Source: an uncultured delta proteobacterium
Lineage (GTDB): Bacteria > Desulfobacterota > Desulfobacteria > Desulfobacterales > Desulfosalsimonadaceae
Direction of reading: 5' to 3'
DNA length: 64,000 bases
Assembly (NCBI GenBank): GCA_963826785.1
Contig: CAWGYD010000005.1
Coordinates: forward strand, 320,001-384,000
This document shows positions 54,476 through 64,000 of this stretch, in pieces. Each line of letters starts with the position of its first letter. Position 1 is the first letter of the stretch. A program made the translations under genes and the position numbers. Below the pieces are notes generated by a model. That model ran no database searches. It saw only the letters and a list, made by a program, of their open reading frames with translations, and had not been told where the DNA came from.

Positions 54476-55732
54476 ATGGAACATCCGCAGTCCACATTAT
54501 TAGATGCCCGCCTGTCCAGGGAAGAGGGACTCGAATCCTCATCGCATCTGCAGGCATCCGCATTGAAGCGAATCCGGGATGCGGTCTTAAACTGCATATA
54601 CAACTACGCTGATGATGATGAACAGCTGATCCTCGAATTGCGGGCTCTGGCGGAAGTCGGCGGCAGCAGGGCCTATTCGGTGTTTTTCAATGTGTTGACC
54701 CACCTGGATCTTGAACCTGCAGTGGCCGAAGACTGCTGGCACCAGATACTCGATCATCGAATCCACCTTACCGAGACCCTCGGGCGCAGAGTAAACTTCC
54801 GGACCGTCATCTGCGATTATTTCTGCTCCGTCAATAAAGCTTTCCAGAATCCGGTGGTCGTCGAAATCCATGTATTTCAGGATCAGCTTAGATCGCTTAA
54901 GTACGACAGCCTCACCGGTCTGAATACCCGGGCTACTTTTGAGGAAAATCTGAAGGTGGAGTTCGCCCGGGCCAAGCGATATGAAACCGAATTGTCCCTG
55001 CTGTTTTTCGATCTGGACGATTTTAAAAACATAAACGATCTGTTCGGGCATCTGGCCGGTGATATGGTGTTGAAAGATGTCGGCAGAATCGTCCGGAACG
55101 AGATCCGCGCCGAAGATACGGCTGCCCGTTACGGCGGCGAGGAAATCGTGATTATTCTTCCCCAGACCGGAAAGGTCGACGCCCTTATACTGGGGGAACG
55201 GATCCGCCGAAAAATTGAATCACGGAACCTGCGCTATGGCGATAAAACCATTCAGCCGACCATCAGCGGCGGGCTGGCCAGTTTCCCCATCGATGCGTGC
55301 AGTGAAACCGATCTCTTGAAATTCGCCGATAATGCCCTGTACCGGGCCAAACAGCACGGTAAGAACAACATCGCCGTTTATTCCCACAATAAGCGGAGAT
55401 TTTTGCGGATCAATTTTATTTCACATATCCAGATCCGTAGAATCGGGTTTGATGACCACGTCCTTGCCTCAAAGGCCATCAGCAAAAACCTGAGCGTAGC
55501 CGGCATTCTGTTTGAAAGCGACATGTTTTTCGAAATCGGCACCCGGATCGAATTAAATGTTCCGATGCCGCATGCCGGAAAGGGTATCTCCGTCATCGGC
55601 ACCGTGGTTCGGGTGGAGGTTTTTCATTCCAATCAATACGAAATCGGCGTATCCTTTCTGGAAATGGACACGCAGTCCAAAAATGAAATTTCACGATATC
55701 TGGTGCGCCACCTCAAGGATGATCCGCAATAA
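54476..55732 (+). CDS. Diguanylate cyclase (GGEEI) with C-terminal PilZ domain
   Basis: DSLTGL, DLDDFK, I-site RAED, RYGGEEI, and PilZ RRFLR / NLSVAG. Confidence 0.88.
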   Translation: MEHPQSTLLDARLSREEGLESSSHLQASALKRIRDAVLNCIYNYADDDEQLILELRALAEVGGSRAYSVFFNVLTHLDLEPAVAEDCWHQILDHRIHLTETLGRRVNFRTVICDYFCSVNKAFQNPVVVEIHVFQDQLRSLKYDSLTGLNTRATFEENLKVEFARAKRYETELSLLFFDLDDFKNINDLFGHLAGDMVLKDVGRIVRNEIRAEDTAARYGGEEIVIILPQTGKVDALILGERIRRKIESRNLRYGDKTIQPTISGGLASFPIDACSETDLLKFADNALYRAKQHGKNNIAVYSHNKRRFLRINFISHIQIRRIGFDDHVLASKAISKNLSVAGILFESDMFFEIGTRIELNVPMPHAGKGISVIGTVVRVEVFHSNQYEIGVSFLEMDTQSKNEISRYLVRHLKDDPQ

Positions 55733-56654
55733 AATTTTCACCCCGAACCTTCCTCCGGCCCTTTCCAAGAAAGATGCCATCGGCATCGTCGCCCCTTCGA
55801 GTCCCTTCGACCGGCAGAAATTTGATCAGGGCGCCTCGGTTCTGAAGCACATGGGATATCGACTGGTGGTTTCAGATTCCCTGTTTTCGGAACAAGGGTA
55901 CCTGGCCGGTTCTGATCGAATCCGTGCCCAGGCATTCAATGCATGCTTTGCCGATCCTGACATCCGCGCCATCTGGTGCGTCAGGGGGGGGTACGGATCC
56001 ATGCGGATACTTCCGCTGATCGATTATGACCTGATTGCATCAAACCCCAAGATATTGATCGGATGCAGCGATATCACGGCTCTGCTCAATACCGTGTATG
56101 CCCGCGCCGGTCTGGTGACCTTTCATGGCCCCATGATCGCCTCCCTGGGGGCAGCGGCACCGGAGACGATCGAAGGCATCGAAAAAGCGGTTTCAGGGGA
56201 AGATGCCGTTATGCTGAAATCTGCCGAAGATGCCCCCATCTGCCCGGGAACTGCCTCCGGACCGGTGATGGGCGGAAATCTGTCCACCCTGAACCATCTG
56301 CTGGCGACACCCTATGAACCGGATTTTTCAGGCCACATTCTTTTAATAGAGGATATTGGTGAGGCGCCCTATCGCATCGACAGAATGCTGAGCCAGATGA
56401 AAATGGCCGGATGCTTCGACAAGATTGCCGGGGTGGCCGCAGGATCTTTCGTTCAATGCGGCGACATTGAAATGGTTCACCTTATCATAAAAGACATATT
56501 TGCCGATCTGCATATCCCGGTCCTGGCCGGTTTAGACTTCGGCCACGGGGATCCGAATATGACCATTGCCATCGGGATAAATGCACGCCTGGATGCTGAT
56601 CACGGGATTCTTGCAGTCGATGCCCCATCTGTTTTGCATCAAAACATGCCATGA
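55719..56654 (+). CDS. LD-carboxypeptidase (S66)
   Basis: IVAPSS, RGGYG, GCSDIT, GGNL, IEDIGE and FGHG. Confidence 0.9.
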   Translation: MIRNKIFTPNLPPALSKKDAIGIVAPSSPFDRQKFDQGASVLKHMGYRLVVSDSLFSEQGYLAGSDRIRAQAFNACFADPDIRAIWCVRGGYGSMRILPLIDYDLIASNPKILIGCSDITALLNTVYARAGLVTFHGPMIASLGAAAPETIEGIEKAVSGEDAVMLKSAEDAPICPGTASGPVMGGNLSTLNHLLATPYEPDFSGHILLIEDIGEAPYRIDRMLSQMKMAGCFDKIAGVAAGSFVQCGDIEMVHLIIKDIFADLHIPVLAGLDFGHGDPNMTIAIGINARLDADHGILAVDAPSVLHQNMP

Positions 56655-57730
56655 AATCCGTTGACCACATGATGCGCCAGGGGGTTTGCGACAACGTGTT
56701 TCCCGGCGGTGTCCTCAGTGTCTGGTCTTCAGGAAATCAAGTTTTTGAAGAGGCATACGGGGTGACCGATCACACCGTTTCGGCGCCGGTCCGAACCGAT
56801 ACCCTTTTTGATCTGGCGTCACTGACCAAGCCCCTGGCCACCGCCCTTGCCGCAATGATTCTGATTGAGCAAAAGCGTCTGGATCTGAATTGGAAAATAG
56901 GCGAGGTGATCGCTGATCTGCGCCATACGGAGAAGCAAGACATTGAAATTCGTCACCTGCTGATTCATAATTCCGGTTTGACCGATTACCGCCCCTATTA
57001 TCTCACCCTGCAGAATCTGCCATTTTCCCAGCGCAAAACCGCCCTGCACCAAATGCTGGTGGACGAGCCGCTGATTTCCGGTATCGGTGAAAAAACGCGC
57101 TACAGTGATATCGGTTTCATGCTCCTGCAATGGGTGATTGAAACCATTACCCAAACCGGCCTGGATATATTCATTCAGTCTTCTGCATATGCGCCATTAA
57201 ACATCAAGGACCTTTTTTTTGTCCCCGGGAATCGACCCTTGTCAACCGATAATGTGGCCGCCACCGAGCAGTGCCCCTGGCGGCGCACCCTGGTAAAAGG
57301 GGGGGTGCATGATGAGAACGCCCATATTCTCGGCGGGGTGGCCGGGCATGCCGGATTATTTGGAACCGCGGATGCGATTTGCCGCCTCCTGGAGACACTG
57401 CTAAATGCCTATCATGGCGATGCCCCGGACAATATCTTCTCACCGGCCGTTGTCCGCACATTTCTCAGTTCCCAGTCCGATTCGGATCGGGCCCTGGGGT
57501 TTGACCGTCCGTCGGCTAAACATTCCAGCTGCGGCGATGGTTTCAATAAGGCGGCGACCTTCGGTCATCTGGGTTATACCGGCACCTCCTTCTGGATGGA
57601 TACGGCACAATCGATTATTGTGGTGCTGCTGACCAACCGGGTTCACCCGAGCCGCAGGAATGAGAAGATCAGACAATTCCGGCCCCGTCTGCATAACGCG
57701 GTTATTCGTGCGATACTGAAAGATCGTTGA
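56651..57730 (+). CDS. Serine hydrolase, beta-lactamase-like family
   Basis: FDLASLTK, YSD, VHDENA, GHAGLF, GHLGYTG and LTNRVHP. Confidence 0.88.
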   Translation: MKSVDHMMRQGVCDNVFPGGVLSVWSSGNQVFEEAYGVTDHTVSAPVRTDTLFDLASLTKPLATALAAMILIEQKRLDLNWKIGEVIADLRHTEKQDIEIRHLLIHNSGLTDYRPYYLTLQNLPFSQRKTALHQMLVDEPLISGIGEKTRYSDIGFMLLQWVIETITQTGLDIFIQSSAYAPLNIKDLFFVPGNRPLSTDNVAATEQCPWRRTLVKGGVHDENAHILGGVAGHAGLFGTADAICRLLETLLNAYHGDAPDNIFSPAVVRTFLSSQSDSDRALGFDRPSAKHSSCGDGFNKAATFGHLGYTGTSFWMDTAQSIIVVLLTNRVHPSRRNEKIRQFRPRLHNAVIRAILKDR

Positions 57731-57849
57731 CTATTTTATTCTTGTATTGACCTATCATTTCTGTTAGCTAAAAGGGTCAAACGGCCCTGTCCGATCCCGA
57801 TCTTCAATTTTCCGTAATTACATCAAATATACTTTTTCACAACGGTTAA

Positions 57850-58899
<1,050 letters not shown>

Positions 58900-58902
58900 T
58901 CC

Positions 58903-59748
58903 ATGTTTTCCAAGAAGACGATGGTGGCGGCAGGCGTTCTGATTCTGATCGCCTTAAATGTATTCGTCTTTTCATTTACCTATATTCGAAAATCCACCAT
59001 CGGCGAGGCCGCAGCCCGAACCGTTTTATTCGTCGTCTCCCCTGTTCAGGAAAAGCTTTCCGGAGCGGTTTCGTTCATGGATGGCGTATGGTCGCATTAT
59101 TTCTTCCTGATCAATGTTTCGAATCAGAATGTACGGCTCAGACGCGAACTCGCCGCGGCCAATGAGAAGAACCGGTACTGCCAGGAAATCGCACTGGCCA
59201 ATGAACGTCTTCGGGCTTTTGTCGACTTGAAGGAAAAGTCGGACAACCAGTTCATTCCCGCCGAGATCATCGCCAAGGATCCGTCTCCCTGGTACTGCAG
59301 CCTCGTCATCAACCGGGGATCTGCGGTCGGGGTATCCAAAGGCCTTCCGGTTGTGGCTCCGGAGGGCGTTGTCGGCCAGGTGATTTCTGCTTCTTCCGGC
59401 TATGCCCGAGTTCTGTTGATCACCGACCGGAACAGCGCGGTGGACGCTCTGGTGCAGAGGACCCGGGCACGGGGGATCGTCCGGGGCAAGTCCAACGGGG
59501 CATGCCAGTTCGATTACGCGCTGCGCAAGCAGGAAATCAGGGTAGGGGATATCATCGTCTCTTCCGGGCTCGATGGCATCTACCCCAAAGGGTGGTCGAT
59601 TGGACGCGTATCCAAGGTTATCCGCCGCAACTCCGGTTTATTTCAAGAAATCGAAATAACGCCGTTTGTCGATTTCAAGAAACTCGAAGAACTCATGGTC
59701 ATCTCCAACCCGCCCAACCCGAATGATGACGTTGCTGACAGCCCGTGA
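58903..59748 (+). CDS. mreC: Rod shape-determining protein MreC
   Basis: TM + coiled coil (NERLR), GVVGQV and SGLDGIYPKG. Follows mreB. Confidence 0.93.
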   Translation: MFSKKTMVAAGVLILIALNVFVFSFTYIRKSTIGEAAARTVLFVVSPVQEKLSGAVSFMDGVWSHYFFLINVSNQNVRLRRELAAANEKNRYCQEIALANERLRAFVDLKEKSDNQFIPAEIIAKDPSPWYCSLVINRGSAVGVSKGLPVVAPEGVVGQVISASSGYARVLLITDRNSAVDALVQRTRARGIVRGKSNGACQFDYALRKQEIRVGDIIVSSGLDGIYPKGWSIGRVSKVIRRNSGLFQEIEITPFVDFKKLEELMVISNPPNPNDDVADSP

Positions 59749-60263
59749 TGCGCTACCTGATTCTTCTGGCATTTTCCATTCTGCTGGTATCCATTCAGAC
59801 CAGTATCGTCCCGGGTCTTCCGCTGCCGTTGTCAATCTATAATCCGGTAATCCCTTTTATTCTATACCTGATCCTGTTCAGGACCTTTGGCGAAGCCCTG
59901 ACATTTGTTCTGATCTGCGGCGGCATGTTGGACACCCTGTCCGGCGCTCCCGCGGGCACATATGTCATTACTTATATTTTATTGCTGCTGATGTTTTCCA
60001 ACCTGAAAACGGTTTTTCAACTGCCGGGAGCCCTCCTGTTTCACAGTACGTTGATTTTTTCGGTATTTTTTGAAAGCCTGATGTTTGGGGGGATAAACTT
60101 ACTTTCCGACAGGGCGATGCCGGCCTTTGCGCAGCTGTTTGCGGTAATCCTGATCCAGATCTTGTGGGCCATTGTCACTGGCCGTTTGATATATGGTCTT
60201 TTTGCCTTCGGATTCGATTTTGCCGGCCGTCTGTCGATCACCGGAGGAAAGGATAAAATTTGA
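59748..60263 (+). CDS. mreD: Rod shape-determining protein MreD
   Basis: Polytopic membrane protein with GGMLDTLSG between mreC and mrdA. Confidence 0.8.
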   Translation: MRYLILLAFSILLVSIQTSIVPGLPLPLSIYNPVIPFILYLILFRTFGEALTFVLICGGMLDTLSGAPAGTYVITYILLLLMFSNLKTVFQLPGALLFHSTLIFSVFFESLMFGGINLLSDRAMPAFAQLFAVILIQILWAIVTGRLIYGLFAFGFDFAGRLSITGGKDKI

Positions 60264-60285
60264 CCGGTCTGCATGGACATTTCTG

Positions 60286-62175
60286 ATGATTCAAAAAAAA
60301 TCAATTGAGAAATGTTTTCAAAAAGTCGACAGCGGCTGGTTCAAAAGACGGCTGTTCGGGCTGATGATCCTGGTGTTTCTCGCCTTTATGGTGCTGGGGG
60401 TCCGTCTGTTCTACCTTCAGATCGTTCTCGGGGAAGAATATTTCAAATTGTCCGAGAACAATTGTATCCGCATTCAGCGCGTCAAGCCTTTCAGAGGGCA
60501 GATTTTTGATCGCAATGGCGTCCCTCTGGTGGAAAATCGACCCTCATTTGATTTAAATCTGATTCCATATGATGCCCGTCCAGTGAATGAAACGATTTCA
60601 AAGCTGGCGGGATACATGAATGGTGCAGCCGATGGGGTCATGGATAAAATTGATGGCGAAAACTGCGGCGCCGGTTTTACGCCGATCGTGCTCAAGGCGG
60701 ATATTTCCCGGGAAACGCTCGCCGTCATTTCCGCGCATCAGTTTGATCTTCCGGGCATTGTCATTGAAACCAATGCCCGGCGGCATTATTTATTTGAAAG
60801 CATGGCCGCCCATTTAATCGGTTATCTGGGGGAAATCAGCCCCCGTGAGTTGAAAATGCCCAAATTCAAGGATTACCGGAGCGGAGATGTGATCGGCCGC
60901 TTCGGAGTTGAAAAGACTTTCGAATCCTTTCTAAGCGGCGTCTCCGGCGGCCGCATCGTTCAGGTTAACGCGAGCGGCCAGGTGGTAAAGGTCCTCGATA
61001 CAGTGGAGGCCCGTCCCGGAAACAACATCTATTTGACCATTGATCATGTGCTTCAGGAAAAGGCCGAACAACTGCTGACCGATAAAACCGGTGCGGTGGT
61101 CGCTCTCGTGCCTTTCACCGGGGAAATCCTCGCCATGGCCAGCAGCCCCGCATTCAACCCCAATCATCTGGTTGACGGCATTTCCACGGCGGACTGGAAA
61201 AGCCTGATCATCAACCCGGACCGGCCAATGACCAACAAAGCGGTCCAGGGGGTATACCCCCCGGCATCCACCTACAAGATCGTGACCGCGGTGGCCGGGC
61301 TCGAAGAGGGAATCATCGATGAAAATACGGCCATCTATTGCCCCGGACGATATAAATACGGCAATCGGTATTATGGGTGCTGGAAAGAACACGGTCACGG
61401 CAATTTGACGGTGGTCGATGCCATTGCACAGTCCTGTGATGTTTTTTTCTACCAGGTGGGCAAGCGGCTCGGGGTGGATCGACTGGCCGATTATGCCAGG
61501 CGTTTCGGGCTGGGGGCATCCGTCGGCATCGATCTGGACCTGGAAGCCGAAGGCCTGATTCCCACAGCCGACTGGAAGTTGAAACGCTTCGGCATCCCCT
61601 GGCAGGGGGGGGAAAATCTATCCATTGCCATCGGGCAGGGTTACAACCTGGTGACACCGCTCCAGATGGCCGTCTTAACGGCAGCAGTTGCAAATGGCGG
61701 GACCGTGTATAAACCCCGTTTGTTCAATTCGATTTCGACAGTTGAAGGACAATGTGTCAGAAAGGGCGAACCCGAAATCATTCGGCAGCTGGGTATCAGT
61801 GAAAAATCCCTGCGACTGGTTCAAAAGGGGATGTTTGAGGTGGTTCACGGCCGTCACGGGACCGCCCGGACGTATGTCAATGACAAGGAGGTGGATATCA
61901 GCGGAAAAACGGGAACCGCCCAAGTCGTCAGCCGGCGCATATCGGACAAGGTCAAGAACCGGGATGAGGACCCCCGCAATCTGCCCCATGCCTGGTTTAT
62001 CGGCTACGCGCCTTCCGATCATCCCGAAATCGCCATTTCCGTGCTGATTGAAAACGGAGAGCATGGTTCCAGCAGCGCCGGTCCCATTGCCAAGGAATTA
62101 ATACTGATCTATCTTAACAAACATGCCGAATGCGACGCGGGGTCGGGAATTGAATCGGTTAAAGGAGATTTATAA
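60286..62175 (+). CDS. mrdA: Penicillin-binding protein 2
   Basis: [13 protein letters not shown] (SxxK), SCD, IGQG and KTGTAQ. Confidence 0.95.
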   Translation: MIQKKSIEKCFQKVDSGWFKRRLFGLMILVFLAFMVLGVRLFYLQIVLGEEYFKLSENNCIRIQRVKPFRGQIFDRNGVPLVENRPSFDLNLIPYDARPVNETISKLAGYMNGAADGVMDKIDGENCGAGFTPIVLKADISRETLAVISAHQFDLPGIVIETNARRHYLFESMAAHLIGYLGEISPRELKMPKFKDYRSGDVIGRFGVEKTFESFLSGVSGGRIVQVNASGQVVKVLDTVEARPGNNIYLTIDHVLQEKAEQLLTDKTGAVVALVPFTGEILAMASSPAFNPNHLVDGISTADWKSLIINPDRPMTNKAVQGVYPPASTYKIVTAVAGLEEGIIDENTAIYCPGRYKYGNRYYGCWKEHGHGNLTVVDAIAQSCDVFFYQVGKRLGVDRLADYARRFGLGASVGIDLDLEAEGLIPTADWKLKRFGIPWQGGENLSIAIGQGYNLVTPLQMAVLTAAVANGGTVYKPRLFNSISTVEGQCVRKGEPEIIRQLGISEKSLRLVQKGMFEVVHGRHGTARTYVNDKEVDISGKTGTAQVVSRRISDKVKNRDEDPRNLPHAWFIGYAPSDHPEIAISVLIENGEHGSSSAGPIAKELILIYLNKHAECDAGSGIESVKGDL

Positions 62176-62177
62176 AA

Positions 62178-63893
62178 ATGGCAAGTGATGCGAAAATGAC
62201 GGATAATCCGCAGGGCGAAAAGGAATCGGCTGTTGTATCCAACTTCATTCGGCATATCATAGAAGACGATATGCGAACCGGGAAATTTGACGGCCGCGTG
62301 GTGACCCGTTTTCCGCCGGAGCCCAATGGTTATCTGCACATCGGTCATGCCAAATCCATCTGCCTGAATTTCGGACTGGCCCGCGATTACCAGGGCCGCT
62401 GCCATCTGCGGTTCGACGACACCAACCCGGGCAAGGAAAACGTCGAATATGTCGATTCCATCCGGGAGGATGTGCACTGGCTGGGGTTTGACTGGAAAGG
62501 GCATGAGTATTTCGCCTCCGACTATTTTGAACGGTTGTACGCCTTTGCCGTTTCCCTGATCAAAGGGGGGAAGGCGTATGTGGACAGCCAGAGCGCCGAG
62601 GAAATCCGGGCCAATCGCGGGACCCTGACCGAACCGGGCAAAAACAGCCCCTTCCGGGAGCGGTCGGTGGATGAAAACCTGACGCTGTTTGAGCAGATGC
62701 GGGCGGGGGAATTTGAGGAAGGCGCATGCGTGCTCAGGGCGAAAATCGATATGACCGCCGCCAATATCATCATGCGCGACCCTACCCTCTACCGCATCCG
62801 AAAACAGAGCCACCATCGCACGGGAGATCAATGGCCCATCTATCCCATGTATGACTTCGCCCATGGCCTGTCCGACTCCATCGAGGGGGTCACCCATTCC
62901 ATCTGCACCCTCGAATTCGAAAATAACCGGGAACTCTATGACTGGGTGCTCGATGCCCTGGAGGTCTATCACCCCCAGCAGATCGAGTTTGCCCGCCTCA
63001 ATCTGACCAACACGGTGCTGAGCAAGCGCAAGCTGATTCAACTGGTGGAAGGGGGTTATGTCTCCGGATGGGACGACCCGCGCATGCCCACCATTTCGGG
63101 GTTGCGGCGGAGAGGATACACCCCGGAATCCATCCGCAGTTTCTGCGAGCGCATCGGTGTAGCCAAGCGCGACAGCATGGTTGATCTTGGCCTTCTGGAA
63201 TACAGCATCCGGGAGGACCTGAATAAAAAGGCGCCCCGGTATATGGCGGTGTTAAATCCGCTGCGGGTGGTAATTACAAATTATCCCGAGGGGCAGGTGG
63301 AAGAACTCGCCGCCGTCAACAATCCCGAGGACGCGGCCATGGGGACGCGCAAAATTCCATTTTCACGGGAACTGTTCATCGAGGCCGATGATTTCATGGA
63401 GGATCCGCCCAAAAAATTCTACCGGCTGTCGCCCGGCCGGGAAGTCAGGCTCCGGTACGCTTATTTCATCACTTGCACGGAAGTGGTCAAGGATGAAGAC
63501 GGCAACATCATCGAACTGCGGTGCACCTATGATCCGCAGACAAAAGGCGGCGATGCACCGGATGGCCGAAAGGTCAAATCCACGCTGCACTGGGTTTGCG
63601 CTTCACATGCCGCTGATGCCCAAGTCCGGCTTTACGAACCGCTGTTCAGCGTCGAAAATCCCGGGGCTGAAAAGGACTTTACTTCCGTATTGAATCCGGA
63701 TTCAGTCCAGGTTCTTGACGGATGCCGGCTCGAACCGGCCCTGGGCGGGCTTTCGGAAACAGAGCCCTGTCAGTTCGAACGCCTCGGATATTTCTGTAAA
63801 GATGCCAAAGATTCGACTTCATCCCGACCGGTCTTCAATCGGATCGTCACCCTGAGGGATACCTGGGCCAAAATCAGAAAAGCACAAGGATGA
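62178..63893 (+). CDS. glnS: Glutamine--tRNA ligase
   Basis: [27 protein letters not shown] and QFERLGYF. Confidence 0.97.
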   Translation: MASDAKMTDNPQGEKESAVVSNFIRHIIEDDMRTGKFDGRVVTRFPPEPNGYLHIGHAKSICLNFGLARDYQGRCHLRFDDTNPGKENVEYVDSIREDVHWLGFDWKGHEYFASDYFERLYAFAVSLIKGGKAYVDSQSAEEIRANRGTLTEPGKNSPFRERSVDENLTLFEQMRAGEFEEGACVLRAKIDMTAANIIMRDPTLYRIRKQSHHRTGDQWPIYPMYDFAHGLSDSIEGVTHSICTLEFENNRELYDWVLDALEVYHPQQIEFARLNLTNTVLSKRKLIQLVEGGYVSGWDDPRMPTISGLRRRGYTPESIRSFCERIGVAKRDSMVDLGLLEYSIREDLNKKAPRYMAVLNPLRVVITNYPEGQVEELAAVNNPEDAAMGTRKIPFSRELFIEADDFMEDPPKKFYRLSPGREVRLRYAYFITCTEVVKDEDGNIIELRCTYDPQTKGGDAPDGRKVKSTLHWVCASHAADAQVRLYEPLFSVENPGAEKDFTSVLNPDSVQVLDGCRLEPALGGLSETEPCQFERLGYFCKDAKDSTSSRPVFNRIVTLRDTWAKIRKAQG

Positions 63894-64000
63894 TGTCTTT
63901 CTGGATAAGGCTGGATAAGACAAAACCAATTTGTGGACTTGACCTTCCGTATCGCCGCCTTACTTTCAGACTAAAGGCAGTTTCGCCTTGTTGAATTAAA

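Noticed and set aside
56651..57730. Antibiotic-resistance beta-lactamases (this gene and the MBL at 32036-32875)
   Set aside because: No signal peptides. Motifs and context fit cytoplasmic housekeeping or peptidoglycan-recycling hydrolases.

Overview
Core chromosomal window of a GC-moderate anaerobe. Gene content and protein style suggest Desulfobacterota (Desulfobacterales-like); this is an inference, no search was run. It holds about 55 protein genes, 3 tRNAs (Ala-CGC, Ile2/Met-CAT, Leu-TAA) and RNase P RNA. Housekeeping blocks: hisB-hisA, dnaG-rpoD, ispD, tyrA, maf-yggS-queH, uvrD-like helicase, eno, pyrG, mreBCD-mrdA, glnS. Accessory-looking blocks: a LysR/YedF plus CoA-disulfide reductase-rhodanese/TrxC/CopZA redox-metal cluster, an MCE/PqiC-type ABC transporter, a TPR-FG-GAP lipoprotein, a lipase with its foldase, and a GGDEF-PilZ cyclase coupled to peptidoglycan hydrolases. 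No CRISPR, prophage, integrase or transposase is visible. The best non-obvious signals are: (1) a complete sigma-54 unit (PAS-PAS activator, twin palindromic sites, -24/-12 promoter, RBS, terminator) whose only cargo is an unknown 69-aa ORF; (2) two copies of a 132-bp MITE with 6-bp AANNTT target duplications and an internal REP-like dyad; (3) G/C-tract REP-like repeats amplified into 160-bp and 43-bp tandem arrays around trmJ; (4) a large protein with a C-terminal HPr domain. Six genes carry single-base frameshifts, most likely long-read indel errors. All product calls come from motif recognition only.
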